A stretch of 64,000 nucleotides of DNA from Phormidesmis sp. Lineage in GTDB: Bacteria > Cyanobacteriota > Cyanobacteriia > Leptolyngbyales > Leptolyngbyaceae. Each line of letters opens with the position of its first letter. The first letter of the stretch is position 1. The notes beneath the pieces were generated by a model. The model worked only from the letters and a program-made list of their open reading frames with translations. It ran no database searches and was not told where the DNA came from. The stretch is taken from contig CBDFJR010000005.1 of the NCBI GenBank assembly GCA_965248535.1, positions 2,112,001 to 2,176,000 on the forward strand, read 5' to 3'. A program made the translations under genes and the position numbers. Shown here piece after piece: positions 41,007 through 52,083 of this stretch.

Positions 41007-42116
41007 CTAATTTCCAGGTTTTTTACCCTTCTCTGGGCTGGTCGCTCGTTGAGTGTCGATCGTATCGCGAATCGTGCCCTGGGCTGATTCATGCTCTCCT
41101 AATGTGCGGCTAAAGACATGAGTGCCGTCATATTTCGCAACAAAATAGAGATAATTAGTAGCTTCGGGTTCCAACGTGGCTTTGAGACTAGCCACACCGG
41201 GGCTGGCGATCGGGGCTGGCGGCAGTCCCGCATTCACATAAGTGTTGTAGGGAGATGGCACTCTGACTTGCTCTAAGGTCAACGGCTGTTCTTTGGTCTG
41301 TTGAATGCCCAGAGCATACTCAACCGTGGGATCAGAGCCTAACGGAATGTTTTGCTTGAGGCGATTGATAAACACGCCCGCAATGCGAGGTCGTTCAGCA
41401 GAAACTACTGCCTCTTTTTCGACAATGCTGGCTAACGTCACCCACTGCGCGAGGGAAAATCGAGTCCGATCGCGGTCTCGATTATAAAGGGGTAACGCCA
41501 CCTGCTCAAAGCGATCGAGCATTTGGGTGATCACCTCAGTCGGCGTAACCTGCGCCCCCGCCGTGATCTGGTAAGTATCTGGGTAGAGAAAGCCCTCTAG
41601 GCTGGCAAAACCCGTTGGCAGCCAGGGATATCGCCCGGTTGGGAGTTGGCTTGCGGCCGTCAAAAAGTCTTGGGCTTTAAAGAACCCCTGCTGCTCAAAA
41701 TAGCTGGCCATCTGTCTCAGCGACCAGCCTTCAGGAATCGTAAAACTGCGTTGAGCGACTTCACCCTGCCAAATTTTTTGGGCGATCGCTTGCAGCGATT
41801 CGGTCGGCGATAGATTATAGTTCCCTGCCTGAAAGCCTCCGTCTGGGTGCTTCCACATCAGCCAGCGGGCCCACAGTTCCCACGCTTTTGCCGATTTAAT
41901 CAGCCCGGCGGTCTCTAAGTCGTGTCCAATCTGCTGGGCTGACGTTCCCGAAGGGATTTGCACCATGACCCGCTTGTCTGGCTGAGAGGTAGGCGCGATC
42001 GTCGGCGCACTGGCCCAACTCCACCAAGATTGTGCTTGCCAGGCTGACAGACCCACCGCCGAGCACATGATCAGCAGATAAAACGACCCTTTCGCAATTC
42101 GCTGGACAGCTTTCAT
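41007..42116 (-). CDS. mltG: Endolytic transglycosylase MltG
   Basis: LEGFLYPDTY, LASIVEKE, SDPTVEY, SPYNTY. Confidence 0.95.
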   Translation of the reverse strand: MKAVQRIAKGSFYLLIMCSAVGLSAWQAQSWWSWASAPTIAPTSQPDKRVMVQIPSGTSAQQIGHDLETAGLIKSAKAWELWARWLMWKHPDGGFQAGNYNLSPTESLQAIAQKIWQGEVAQRSFTIPEGWSLRQMASYFEQQGFFKAQDFLTAASQLPTGRYPWLPTGFASLEGFLYPDTYQITAGAQVTPTEVITQMLDRFEQVALPLYNRDRDRTRFSLAQWVTLASIVEKEAVVSAERPRIAGVFINRLKQNIPLGSDPTVEYALGIQQTKEQPLTLEQVRVPSPYNTYVNAGLPPAPIASPGVASLKATLEPEATNYLYFVAKYDGTHVFSRTLGEHESAQGTIRDTIDTQRATSPEKGKKPGN

Positions 42117-42284
42117 GAGGATGCTCTGAATTGAACAGGTGGGCGATCGCCCCAGTCAGAACAAATAATCCACCCTCGATCGCTCCTAGTCAAGATTGAT
42201 TAGAAGTTCTGATACTCAAAACGGCGGCTTTAGGGACGCTCGATCAACCGCCCCCAAACGCCCCAGATCAAGCCTGACAGGAGG

Positions 42285-42881
42285 CTACTCCATATCGTCA
42301 AAGAGTTGATCTTCGATCATCGGCAGCATTGGCTCGATTTTTTTCAGTTCTTCCGGCGAGAGCAGGTGAGGTTGCCCGTCTTCATCCATTCTGGCCAGAA
42401 TGAAAAAGGGATCGAGCGGCGCATAGATGGCATACTCTTGCTCCTCGTGATAGAAACTAGACAGCAGTTGAAGCTCTTCTTGCTCGTCTTCTGAGTCAGA
42501 CTCAACGCCCGCCCACTCTTCTTCATCTTCTACAAAGTCGGGCAGATCGCCCTCAACGGTCAGCACGACGGCCGTGCGCTTTAGGGTTAGGTTTTGCTCT
42601 TCTAAAACCGCTCTAGCCGTCGGAAAGACTCGATTCAATTCTTCCTCGTCTTCGACTAAGACAGCTTCGTCCTCCTCGCCATCTTCTTGCCAAGCAAACA
42701 CTTCTACCGGAGAGTCTACTGGAAGCAGCAAGACATATTCTTGCTCTTCGACCTCTAGGGAGTGCTCGATGTAGCAGGTAAGGGTTAGCCCTGCCTCGTC
42801 GGTCAGGGTGACGGTGGGAGCATCCATATCAATGCTATCTTCATCCATTGGACTCTCTCTATCTTGATTCGACTTGGGCAT
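42285..42881 (-). CDS. DUF3727/DUF1292-type acidic protein
   Basis: Acidic; YVLLLPVD, YAIYAPLDP; conserved ruvX-DUF3727-mltG order. Confidence 0.8.
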   Translation of the reverse strand: MPKSNQDRESPMDEDSIDMDAPTVTLTDEAGLTLTCYIEHSLEVEEQEYVLLLPVDSPVEVFAWQEDGEEDEAVLVEDEEELNRVFPTARAVLEEQNLTLKRTAVVLTVEGDLPDFVEDEEEWAGVESDSEDEQEELQLLSSFYHEEQEYAIYAPLDPFFILARMDEDGQPHLLSPEELKKIEPMLPMIEDQLFDDME

Positions 42882-42977
42882 ATTGATCCTTAGCGCGATC
42901 GCACTTAGCTCTCAGAAAAGTATCCCTCAGAATGGCACCTTCTCTAAAGAGTGCAGCGTAAAGGGGAAAGGTTTTGT

Positions 42978-43424
42978 TTACGCATTGTCTCTGGTTCGCT
43001 CTTTGAGTTTTCGTTCATCTAACCATTGTTGCAAAATAAGGGACGCTGCTTTGCGATCGATTAAGCCTTTATTGCGAGAAGGTGAAATATTTTCGGCGTG
43101 CAGCAGTTGCTCGGCCTGGTAGCTGGTCAACCGCTCGTCTACAAACTCGATCGGCAGATTCAGGGCATGAGAAATGGCTCTGGCAAACTTTTGCACTTGT
43201 TTAGCCTGAAACCCGATCGCTCCATCCATCGTGTAGGGCAGCCCAATCACAAGGGTTTGCACCCGACGATCGTCAATCATGGACTGCAATTCATCAATCA
43301 CTTGCTGAAATGATTTGCGCTCGATCGTCGTCAGCCCAGTTGCGATCAGCCCGGTGCCATCGCAGCCTGCCACCCCAATTCGCTTTTGCCCCACATCTAA
43401 GCCCAAGGCAGAGACAAACCCCAT
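42978..43424 (-). CDS. ruvX: YqgF/RuvX nuclease
   Basis: LGLDVGQKRIGVA, VDERLTS, IDRKAA..ILQ. Confidence 0.95.
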   Translation of the reverse strand: MGFVSALGLDVGQKRIGVAGCDGTGLIATGLTTIERKSFQQVIDELQSMIDDRRVQTLVIGLPYTMDGAIGFQAKQVQKFARAISHALNLPIEFVDERLTSYQAEQLLHAENISPSRNKGLIDRKAASLILQQWLDERKLKERTRDNA

Positions 43425-43455
43425 ACTCTCCACCCATTAGTGTCTAAATAGCCAA

Positions 43456-44727
43456 TCAACAGCAGGGATCTTCACCACGAGGCTCTGGTTTAGACGCTAG
43501 GGGCGAAGCAGGTGGTTTTGTCTGGGACGATTCTAGCTTAGACTCATCTCGCTGGATAGATTTGAGCAGTGAAATGCGCCCAGGCACGGGTTTGCGAGAC
43601 GGTTGCAGCCCTTGCAGCACGTCAGAAAGCTGTAGCCCTTCTGCGACCGCTGGCTTGGCTTCTCGGAGCTTGTGCCACACCGATCGAGACATCAGCAGGG
43701 TGTGAGCAATGCGATCGGCTCCGACTCGCTCTAGATATTCTTCGCGCTCTGGCTGATAGTCTGACGATGACAGATGCAGCGCTTGAGCCGGAACTTCTTG
43801 GGTGACGCGAGCCATCTGCGCCATTAGCTCAGGGTAAAGCCAAGTATAGGCAGGGTTGACGGTCAGTTGAGCGACGTGAGGCTGAGAGCCATCGCGACAC
43901 AACTGCACCTGAAAATAGCCGATCGCGGCTTTGCGCTGCGGCTCAAACACATAGCCACTCACAAACTCAGTCCGGCTAAATAGCTGTCTGATCCCTTCGG
44001 CGACGGAGCTAAAGAGGCTCGTTTTAAAGTCTTGAATGTGACGATCGAAGACTTGGCGCACCAAAGGCGGCATCGCCATCGTGTCGAGTTGATAGAGCAA
44101 CTGAGCATCAGCGTTGCTGACGGGGAGCAGATTGGGTAGATCGGGTTCTCGGTGGGACAATTCTTGCAGAAGCTCAGGAGAGATGCCCCAATAGGTCATG
44201 TGAGCCAGACGCTGAAACCCATTTTTGCGGTAGAGCGCTAGGGCTGAGTTGTCGTGAATATCGATCTCTAAAATCCAGGTGCGGGCTTGCCAAATTTTTT
44301 CGAGGCAATAGCGCAGCAGCAGAGAGCCAATATCGCTAGAGGTGACTAGAGACGAAGCGGCAGGCGGCGTTTCGGACTCAGAATCTGCCTCATTTTGCAA
44401 AATCACGGGATCAACGGCAACGCGATCGATGCGCCAAGTTGTCCCCGTCCGGTTAAAGGGCGAGACTTGAATCAGCCCTTGAATTTGCTGATTGAGTTCA
44501 GCAACGTGGATGCAGAAAGAATCTTGAAACGGATTAGGGAACAGACTAAGAACTTTAAGAATTCCATACCAGCGCCGAATCGCTAAAGGCTTTTCTCTAA
44601 CCATTGAGCAATCGGGGCTTTCTGCTTCGGCCGCCTCTGCACAAAGCTGCTCGACCGATTCTAAATCACGGTATTGGATCGGGCGAATCACAATATTATT
44701 GGCTGTCTGAGGAAAGGCTCGAATCAT
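43456..44727 (-). CDS. Tandem GNAT-fold acetyltransferase
   Basis: ALALYRKNGFQ motif. Confidence 0.8.
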   Translation of the reverse strand: MIRAFPQTANNIVIRPIQYRDLESVEQLCAEAAEAESPDCSMVREKPLAIRRWYGILKVLSLFPNPFQDSFCIHVAELNQQIQGLIQVSPFNRTGTTWRIDRVAVDPVILQNEADSESETPPAASSLVTSSDIGSLLLRYCLEKIWQARTWILEIDIHDNSALALYRKNGFQRLAHMTYWGISPELLQELSHREPDLPNLLPVSNADAQLLYQLDTMAMPPLVRQVFDRHIQDFKTSLFSSVAEGIRQLFSRTEFVSGYVFEPQRKAAIGYFQVQLCRDGSQPHVAQLTVNPAYTWLYPELMAQMARVTQEVPAQALHLSSSDYQPEREEYLERVGADRIAHTLLMSRSVWHKLREAKPAVAEGLQLSDVLQGLQPSRKPVPGRISLLKSIQRDESKLESSQTKPPASPLASKPEPRGEDPCC

Positions 44728-44808
44728 GGTGTTAAAGCGGCTATTCACCCTCAGGGTATGAGTTTGGCAGAAAATCTGAGTCAACCTTAAGGGATATTCG
44801 TTACTCAA

Positions 44809-46044
44809 CTAAACCGATCCCTCAAGGAGGTCGGCAGGTTTAGGGTCGGCAGCGCGATCGAGGCGCGACTCAGTAGGACGGAGGAGCACGACAGGCGTTT
44901 GCTCGTCGGCGTTTCCAGCAGGGTTAGTGATCAGCGCCTGCTTGAGAAAGTTGATCGATAAATCAGAGGTCGCTGCCAATATCTTAACTGCTTTCAAGTC
45001 ATTCACGTCTACGATCGCGGCCGATAACCCAGTTTCGCGCTGAATTTGATCAACGATCCCCTGAGAGTTGTTGGGGCCGAGCACGATAAATTTGTCATAA
45101 GGCGGCAGCGTTCCGGTCACGTCATCGATCAGCCGAGCTTGATCACCCGCCACTCGATAAAAGAAGCCGGGTTGGCCAAAAAGTTTCCCGATCGCGCCTG
45201 CCACAAAGGCCAAAAACACGCGCACGGGGCCGACGATATCCACTAAGGTCTGCAAACCGCAGGCAGTAGCCAAGCTCGAAGTTGGCAAAAACAGATAGCA
45301 CAAGCGGGTTGCCAGCCAGCCGGGGTGAATTTCACTAGGGTGAATGAAGCGGCCCTGCATGATGGCCAGGGGCGACTCTCCGATCGTCACGACATCTCCG
45401 GGTTGAGCGTGGGGCACGACGTAGCGGCGCACGACTTCAACCGGGTCATCTAGCTCGGTCAGCAGGTGGGTGCGAATCGGCAAAACATCTGAGTTGGCAG
45501 CAGGTCGCCAGCGTTTAGAGTCGTCGCTGCTGGGAAACTTGAGCGGCACAACGATATGGCGAGTTTTAGGAATTCGCCCTTGAGGGCCATAGGTGACGTA
45601 ATCAATTTGCACCCAAGCCACTTTAAGCTCGCTCAGGTTTTGTCCCTGTAGGTCGATCGAGATCTCGATCGGGGTTTCTCCGCCGACTTTGACAATTTGC
45701 CCCTCCCAGTAGTCATCGCTTCTAGGCTTTGCTTCGGCGTTGCGAGGAATGACGCGAGTCGTGGTGGTGACTCCATCTAGGCTGCCTGAGGAGAGGAGCG
45801 TTACTTTGGTACGGATCTCTGGCACCATGACTTCGAGGCGACGGGTGCGATTGAGAAATTCTAGATTGCCCACTAGTAGGTAGCGCTGCGGCTCATAGAG
45901 GTCAAACTCCCATTTGCCAGCCGTCAGTTCTAGATCGTTGCCGGGGCGCTGCCGATATTGCGCTTCGAGTGCTACAAGGATCAGTATGACCAAGGCGATC
46001 GTGCTGCCGATGATGCCAATTAAAACGCTCCCGATGATTCCCAC
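44809..46044 (-). CDS. CofE-like (F420-0:gamma-glutamyl ligase-like) protein with N-terminal TM anchor
   Basis: ESPLAIMQG, IDDVTGTLPPYD, IVDVNDL, NPAGNADEQTP. Confidence 0.75.
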   Translation of the reverse strand: MGIIGSVLIGIIGSTIALVILILVALEAQYRQRPGNDLELTAGKWEFDLYEPQRYLLVGNLEFLNRTRRLEVMVPEIRTKVTLLSSGSLDGVTTTTRVIPRNAEAKPRSDDYWEGQIVKVGGETPIEISIDLQGQNLSELKVAWVQIDYVTYGPQGRIPKTRHIVVPLKFPSSDDSKRWRPAANSDVLPIRTHLLTELDDPVEVVRRYVVPHAQPGDVVTIGESPLAIMQGRFIHPSEIHPGWLATRLCYLFLPTSSLATACGLQTLVDIVGPVRVFLAFVAGAIGKLFGQPGFFYRVAGDQARLIDDVTGTLPPYDKFIVLGPNNSQGIVDQIQRETGLSAAIVDVNDLKAVKILAATSDLSINFLKQALITNPAGNADEQTPVVLLRPTESRLDRAADPKPADLLEGSV

Positions 46045-46204
46045 GAGTTCTGACTCTAATTAACGCTGTAACAAAGTCTAGAACAAAAGGGGGCAGCGAT
46101 CGGGTTTCCGTCAGACTCCTGCTTCCCAATCTCGGTTAAGATTTCGCCGATTAGGAACCAGAGGTCTGTGGGGCCTCGCGTTCAAACTAGATGAGCATTA
46201 AATT

Positions 46205-47605
46205 CTATTTGCCAATGCAAAATCGGCTGAAGATGCGATCGAGCACTGATTCGGTTACGTCTTCTCCGAGAATTTCGCTGAAGGCTTGAATGGCACTGCG
46301 AAGGTCGATCGTCCAAAAGTCTAGCGGCAGTTGATGGGCGATCGTGGATTGCACTTGCTCAAGAGAGGCTTTGGCGCGAGTCAGGGCAGCGGCTTGGCGT
46401 TGATTAATGGCGAGATCTAAATCTGCGGCTTGCACTCCGTCTGCGTGGGCGATCTTGAGAATGGCGGTTTCTAAATCGTCAATGCCTTGGTTAAGGGCGG
46501 CAGCAGTGCCAATGACTCCTGATGCCCCAGGAAATTGGGGATCAGAAGAATGCGCCTCTAAGAAAGACTCTGCCAATGCTCCCAACAGATCAATTTTGTT
46601 GAAGACCAAGATTAGAGGACGATCGTGCACTTGTTCATAAATTTCTCGATCGTCTGGGGTTAAGTTTTCTTGAGCATCCACCACGAGCAAAACGAGATCC
46701 GCAGACTGAGCCGCCGATCGCGATCGCTCTACTCCCAGTTTCTCAACCCGATCGTCTGTCTCTCGAATGCCTGCCGTGTCGAGCACCTGAATCGGAATGC
46801 CGCCCACGACAAGCTGAGATTCGACGATATCGCGAGTTGTGCCCGGAAGATCGGTGACGATCGCCCGATCGCTGCGGCTCCAAGCATTAAGCAAACTCGA
46901 TTTGCCCACGTTGGGGCGGCCCACGATCGCGACTTTTAAGCCCGATCGCAGCAGTTCGCCTCGATCGGCGGTTGCCAAGAGTTGGGCCACGTCCGCTAAC
47001 AATTTTTCTAGCTGGGCTTGAATGTCTGGCTCATTGAGCGGCGGCAAATCTTCTTCAAAATCAATTCGGGCTTCGACTTCTGCCAAAATATCCAGGCAAA
47101 TCGTTTGCAACTGTCTGATCGGCTGGGCGAGTTTGCCCTGCAAGCCAGCCAGAGCGGTTTGAGCAGCCTGGGGCGATCGTGCGCCGACGAGATCAGAAAT
47201 GCTTTCGGCTTGGGTGAGATCGAGTCGCCCGTTGAGAAAGGCTCTCAGGGTAAACTCCCCAGGCTGGGCCAGGCGGGCCCCCTGCTCTAGGCAAAGCTGC
47301 AACACCTGCTGAACGGCCATGATGCCCCCGTGACAGTGAAACTCGACCACATCTTCGCGGGTGTAAGAGCGAGGCGCAAACATCAGCAGCAGCAAGGCTT
47401 CATCGACCACGCGCTGAGTGTGCGGCACTCGCACATAGCCATAGAGAATGCGATGACTTTCCCAAATTTGACCACCGGGCGCGTAAAACAGCGATCGGGC
47501 GATCGGCTCCGCTTGAGCACCCGACAATCTGACAATGCCAACGCTGCCCTGTTGAGGCAGAATGGCCGTCGCGATCGCGGCAATAGTTTCTCCAATTCCA
47601 GCCAT
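46205..47605 (-). CDS. mnmE: tRNA modification GTPase MnmE
   Basis: [27 protein letters not shown]-terminal FCIGK. Confidence 0.98.
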   Translation of the reverse strand: MAGIGETIAAIATAILPQQGSVGIVRLSGAQAEPIARSLFYAPGGQIWESHRILYGYVRVPHTQRVVDEALLLLMFAPRSYTREDVVEFHCHGGIMAVQQVLQLCLEQGARLAQPGEFTLRAFLNGRLDLTQAESISDLVGARSPQAAQTALAGLQGKLAQPIRQLQTICLDILAEVEARIDFEEDLPPLNEPDIQAQLEKLLADVAQLLATADRGELLRSGLKVAIVGRPNVGKSSLLNAWSRSDRAIVTDLPGTTRDIVESQLVVGGIPIQVLDTAGIRETDDRVEKLGVERSRSAAQSADLVLLVVDAQENLTPDDREIYEQVHDRPLILVFNKIDLLGALAESFLEAHSSDPQFPGASGVIGTAAALNQGIDDLETAILKIAHADGVQAADLDLAINQRQAAALTRAKASLEQVQSTIAHQLPLDFWTIDLRSAIQAFSEILGEDVTESVLDRIFSRFCIGK

Positions 47606-47607
47606 AG

Positions 47608-48174
47608 TTATCGCTCTGCCCAATGGGGATTTGTGAGACTGGTGAGAATGTGATCTTCCCACTTTCCATTGATCAAAATGTAGTTTTCGGCATAGCCTTC
47701 GACCACGAACCCTAAACGTTTTAAGACTTTGGCGCTGCGGCGATTGTGAGGCATGTAGTTGGCACAAATTCGGTGCATATTTAGGTCGTTGAAAATGTAC
47801 TCGATCGCCGCTTGAATGGCTTCAGTCATATAGCCATGTCCCTGTTCTGATTCCGATAGGCTATAGCCCAAACAGCAAGAATGAGAAACGCCCTGAATCA
47901 TTTGCGTAAAGTTGGTGCCGCCAATGATTTTATCGGGTTGGCTTTTGTTAAACATAAAGAGACGCAAAGAGCGATCGTAGCTAAACTCAATCAGACTCTT
48001 TTCGATTTGATGAGACCAAAACTCTCGGCTATAAAAGTTTTTGGGTTTAATCGGTTCAAACGGCTCTAAAAAGGCTCGATTTTCTTTGTAATAGTGAATC
48101 ACTGCCGGAATATCGCGTTGGGACAAGAGCCGCACAATCAGCCTTGATGTGACAAATATAGGCGCTTCGATCAT
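47608..48174 (-). CDS. rimJ: RimJ-like GNAT acetyltransferase
   Basis: [31 protein letters not shown]. Confidence 0.85.
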   Translation of the reverse strand: MIEAPIFVTSRLIVRLLSQRDIPAVIHYYKENRAFLEPFEPIKPKNFYSREFWSHQIEKSLIEFSYDRSLRLFMFNKSQPDKIIGGTNFTQMIQGVSHSCCLGYSLSESEQGHGYMTEAIQAAIEYIFNDLNMHRICANYMPHNRRSAKVLKRLGFVVEGYAENYILINGKWEDHILTSLTNPHWAER

Positions 48175-48188
48175 GACTAAATGGATAA

Positions 48189-49643
48189 CTAAAAAGAAGT
48201 TTTAAACGTAGGTTGAGCTTGAATCTGACGGAGCAAATCATTAAACGGGAGCCAGTCATCGTCTTGAGTGATGGGCTGCCAGATAGCTTCGATCGTCGGT
48301 CTAATCAGGTTCACTGTGGGATTGTGCTGATAGAGCCGATTGGCAATCTCTAGCATCTCATGGTCTGGCAACTGATTAAGAGCCTGATGATAGATGGCTT
48401 GCCAATCTTGAAAACAGGATTTGAGCAACTCATTGGGAATTTCTAATTTGGTAAAAACATGATTTTTTGACTCTCGCCAAGTGTTAGAAAACTGGGTAGT
48501 TAGCTCCCAAAAGAAACTTTGATATCCGACCTGAGAGACTTTTAAGAATTCGACGGTGCGATCGACGAGTTGTTTTGCCAGAGATTCTTCTAAGTGGCTA
48601 AATCCCAACCGATCGAGCATTCTTTGCTGATAGGCTTTTTCATAATGAGAGTCAAAGTTCGCTAAACTAGCCTGCATTGTGGCGGGATCAATGACTCGCT
48701 TAAAAGGAGCCTGAAGCATTTCTAAATTTAACCGACAAATTGCAGGCTGATTGCCATAACAATAGCGCCCTGAATAGTCAAAGTAAGCGGCCGTAAATTG
48801 AGGATTATAGGTTTCGATAAAGGCAAAAGGGCCGTAATCAAAACTCTCACCCGTGATTGACATATTATCGGTGTTGAGAACCGCGTGACAAAACCCCGAC
48901 GACATCCACTGGGCGACTAATTCGGCAACTCGCTGCACCAATTCTGCATAAAACAGGGCGTAGCGATCGCGATCCCCCATCAAATGAGGATAGTAAATCT
49001 CGATCACATGATCGAGCAAAATAGCGATCAGGTCTTTACGATCGAGGGTTCCCAATCGCTCAAAGGTGCCAAATCGAATATGCGATCGACTAAAGCGAAT
49101 CATCACTGACGATCGGGTGGGTGATGGCTCATCGCCGCGCCAGAGCGGTTCGCCCGTCTCAACTAAACTCAAGCAGCGCGAAGTCTTAACGCCCAACCGA
49201 TGCAGCATCTCAGAGGCTAACACTTCACGCACACCGCCCTTTAGGGTCAGCCGCCCATCGCCGCCTCTTGAATAGGGAGTGGTGCCCGACCCTTTGCTGC
49301 CAAAGTCATAGAGTTCGCCATCGGTGCCCCTAACTTGCCCATAGAGAAACCCTCTGCCGTCTCCCAAAAAAGCGTTGTATTCTCCAAACTGATAGCCGTG
49401 ATAGCGCAGGGCCAAGAACGGCTGCCGCCCCTGAAATTTGCCAAATGCTTCAATAAAGTCTTGATCAGAAACGGTTTCTGGAGTCAGCCCCAGTTGAGTC
49501 AACACCCGATCGTTGCGAAACCGCAAAATCTGTCGCGGAAACTCAGCCGCCGACACGACATCAAAAAAATCATCCCCCAACACTTCTAGAGCCGATTCAT
49601 AACTGAGATTAAGCAGAGGGTTTAAAGATTGGGTAAGGGCCAT
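48189..49643 (-). CDS. selO: SelO/YdiU protein adenylyltransferase
   Basis: [40 protein letters not shown]. Confidence 0.93.
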   Translation of the reverse strand: MALTQSLNPLLNLSYESALEVLGDDFFDVVSAAEFPRQILRFRNDRVLTQLGLTPETVSDQDFIEAFGKFQGRQPFLALRYHGYQFGEYNAFLGDGRGFLYGQVRGTDGELYDFGSKGSGTTPYSRGGDGRLTLKGGVREVLASEMLHRLGVKTSRCLSLVETGEPLWRGDEPSPTRSSVMIRFSRSHIRFGTFERLGTLDRKDLIAILLDHVIEIYYPHLMGDRDRYALFYAELVQRVAELVAQWMSSGFCHAVLNTDNMSITGESFDYGPFAFIETYNPQFTAAYFDYSGRYCYGNQPAICRLNLEMLQAPFKRVIDPATMQASLANFDSHYEKAYQQRMLDRLGFSHLEESLAKQLVDRTVEFLKVSQVGYQSFFWELTTQFSNTWRESKNHVFTKLEIPNELLKSCFQDWQAIYHQALNQLPDHEMLEIANRLYQHNPTVNLIRPTIEAIWQPITQDDDWLPFNDLLRQIQAQPTFKTSF

Positions 49644-49875
49644 CAAACATCCGATCACGACTTCTCTCTAATCCTACCGACTCATGCGAGATGAAGCAGT
49701 GACGGTTGAGCGAATTCTGGTGAACGATCGTTCTCCCGCCCAATTTTATTTGACCCAAAAAATGTGTCTCAGAGAAAGACCAGGTTAAACCGCCACAAAT
49801 AACGACTCTCACCAATAACCTCTCGACGGTCGGCTTCAACGGCTTGTTAGATGGCGATCGCTACTAAATTAAGGT

Positions 49876-51009
49876 CTACTCCTCTTCTATGCCCGTCTCC
49901 GCTGCTTGCCTCATGGCCAAAAAGGCTTCCTTGACTGGCTGGCTTACGGCGCTTTGAGGCTCTGCTAAAATCAGGGCTTGATAAGCCTCAAGAAATCTAC
50001 TCCTCAACCGATGAAACAGGTGTAGAAAATGCCGGATGAAACTAATACAGCCTAAAATGACGAACTCAATGCCGATCGCTTCATGATACAAAGATCGGGC
50101 GTAGTTTTGAACTTCCTCGTCCACGGTCTCAGTTGTGATGAAAATATAATTATTGATCTGCCTGCCGCTTAACAGCAATTTCTGTAAGGCGCGGTCTATA
50201 TCTTCACAAGTAACTCGCTTGTTTTTCATCTCATATGCGGTTATCATTTCATCGTCTGCGAGAAGAATAATTTCAACATCCCCTAGAGCACCTGTCTGTA
50301 GGTCAGCAGCGTTATGTGCTCTGAGTGTGAGAACTTTTTCTCCGAGAAACTCTTCAGCAGATTGATAAGCAGCCGCTACAACAAGGATAGAAAGACGGCT
50401 CGTTCCTTTGAGGCTCATGTGTTTTTCAATCAAATTGACAATATCTTCAGAAGACAAAGGCACAGCATCTTCAGCAGTGTTCAACGTTGCAACTAATGCC
50501 TCAATCCGCCGTTGCCGTTCGTTTCTATCGATCAAAAGCAATCTGACTATCTCAGCAATAAGCGTATCGGCTGCAATGCGACCACAGTAAACATCATCCA
50601 GCAGATTGAGAACTGCTTGATATAACTGCGGTGGCTTGCCAACGAGGTTAACATCTTTGGTTAGCGTCGTATTTCGATTTCTTAGCGCAGGTGTGAGAAA
50701 AGCAGTTGTGCTATTGCATGGCAAATTGTGTTGATTGATAAAGGTCGTAATGTAGCGCTCATCGTAAGTTCTGCCTGAGAAAGCGTCGGCATCTCCGATT
50801 TCTGTATATGGTTTCCTAATATCGACATCAGGGCGGTGAAGTTTTGCTAGTAAGCACGCCATTAAAAGGCGCACTCCTGCCCGATTCTTGAGATTATGGG
50901 CAACATAGTCGGCATATTTCCTAATCTGCTGATCTGTGACGAGTGACTGTTCTAAGTTTGCGTTAGCACGTCGAAGAGCGGCGTTGAGGATTTCAATGGG
51001 GTCTGCCAT
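49876..51009 (-). CDS. Putative type II restriction endonuclease (SacI-like PD-(D/E)xK)
   Basis: GDVEI..YEMK motif; overlaps the methyltransferase gene. Confidence 0.65.
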   Translation of the reverse strand: MADPIEILNAALRRANANLEQSLVTDQQIRKYADYVAHNLKNRAGVRLLMACLLAKLHRPDVDIRKPYTEIGDADAFSGRTYDERYITTFINQHNLPCNSTTAFLTPALRNRNTTLTKDVNLVGKPPQLYQAVLNLLDDVYCGRIAADTLIAEIVRLLLIDRNERQRRIEALVATLNTAEDAVPLSSEDIVNLIEKHMSLKGTSRLSILVVAAAYQSAEEFLGEKVLTLRAHNAADLQTGALGDVEIILLADDEMITAYEMKNKRVTCEDIDRALQKLLLSGRQINNYIFITTETVDEEVQNYARSLYHEAIGIEFVILGCISFIRHFLHLFHRLRSRFLEAYQALILAEPQSAVSQPVKEAFLAMRQAAETGIEEE

Positions 51010-51827
51010 TCGCTCATAGTCCCTGGAACATCATAATTAGTCCAAAGTATCTCGGTTCGAGGTTGTTTAACGGAGAGACATTGTTTTGACGGAGATTCGA
51101 TACAGTTCCAGTCTTTGTAGAGCTTATCCAGTAATTCACAACGATAGCCAGACAGAGCCACCTTACCTTTAAGACTAGTCAGTACCTCAGCGAGTTCTCG
51201 GTGATCGTTGTCAGTCATTTCATACCCATAGGCGTGACTATCGCCCCGTGAATCATGAGGATAGGGAGGATCGCAATAGAATAAAGTTTCTGCACTATCG
51301 TATCGTTGAATCACTTCGATCGCGGGCGCATTTTCAATCTGAATCCGCAAAAGCCTTTGCACAATTTCAGATAGTCCTTCAACGCTTCCAAGCCAGCGGG
51401 AAACGGCTCCTGCCATTCCTGCCCGACTGGTTAGCTTGCAATGTGCCCATCTTCCAGCACTGGCTGTTTGTGCAAGACCTGTTCTAACTTGACGGGCACG
51501 AACAAAGAAACGACGCGCTCTTTCTAGTTCCGACAAATTATCAATGGGTTCTTCGGCTGCGATTCTGAGTTCTTCCCTGGAAAACGGTGTTAGCCCGATC
51601 GCTCGGATCAGGTCTTCTTGCCTGTCGCGAAGAACTCGAAAAAAGTTTACAACTTCTCCATCAATATCATTGTAGGTTTCAACTGGGGAAGGTTCCCTGT
51701 TGAGTAGTACAGCCGCAGATCCTGCAAACGGCTCACAGTAATGGGTTGCCGGAGGCAACAACGGGAGGAGCCAGTTTAAATGATTAAACTTTCCGCCATA
51801 CCACCCAAAAGCGATTACCTTGCCCAT
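50952..51827 (-). CDS. Dam/D12-class N6-adenine DNA methyltransferase
   Basis: WYGGK, EPFAGS, YNDID, DPPY. Confidence 0.93.
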   Translation of the reverse strand: MGKVIAFGWYGGKFNHLNWLLPLLPPATHYCEPFAGSAAVLLNREPSPVETYNDIDGEVVNFFRVLRDRQEDLIRAIGLTPFSREELRIAAEEPIDNLSELERARRFFVRARQVRTGLAQTASAGRWAHCKLTSRAGMAGAVSRWLGSVEGLSEIVQRLLRIQIENAPAIEVIQRYDSAETLFYCDPPYPHDSRGDSHAYGYEMTDNDHRELAEVLTSLKGKVALSGYRCELLDKLYKDWNCIESPSKQCLSVKQPRTEILWTNYDVPGTMSEWQTPLKSSTPLFDVLTQT

Positions 51828-52083
51828 CTGCTTTCCCAACGTTGACTCTGGACAAGAAGTATACACGAACTAATGTCGTTGGGTTAGGGATCGTTTGGAG
51901 ATTGTATTCTCAACCAATCGCTTCGGCTAATCACTTGAAGCCACTTAACAAAGGTGTGGTTGAATTGTGAGGATGCGATCGGGCTTAAGTAACAAATTTT
52001 ACGACTGCTCTAAGCCAAGTTTTTGCATAGCTTCTTGTCTAGCCTGCCTGCTGGTAATGAGTTGAAATCAGGGTTGTGACTGA

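Noticed and set aside
47606..47767. Long N-terminal extension of MnmE
   Set aside because: It overlaps rimJ; homology starts at ATG 47605
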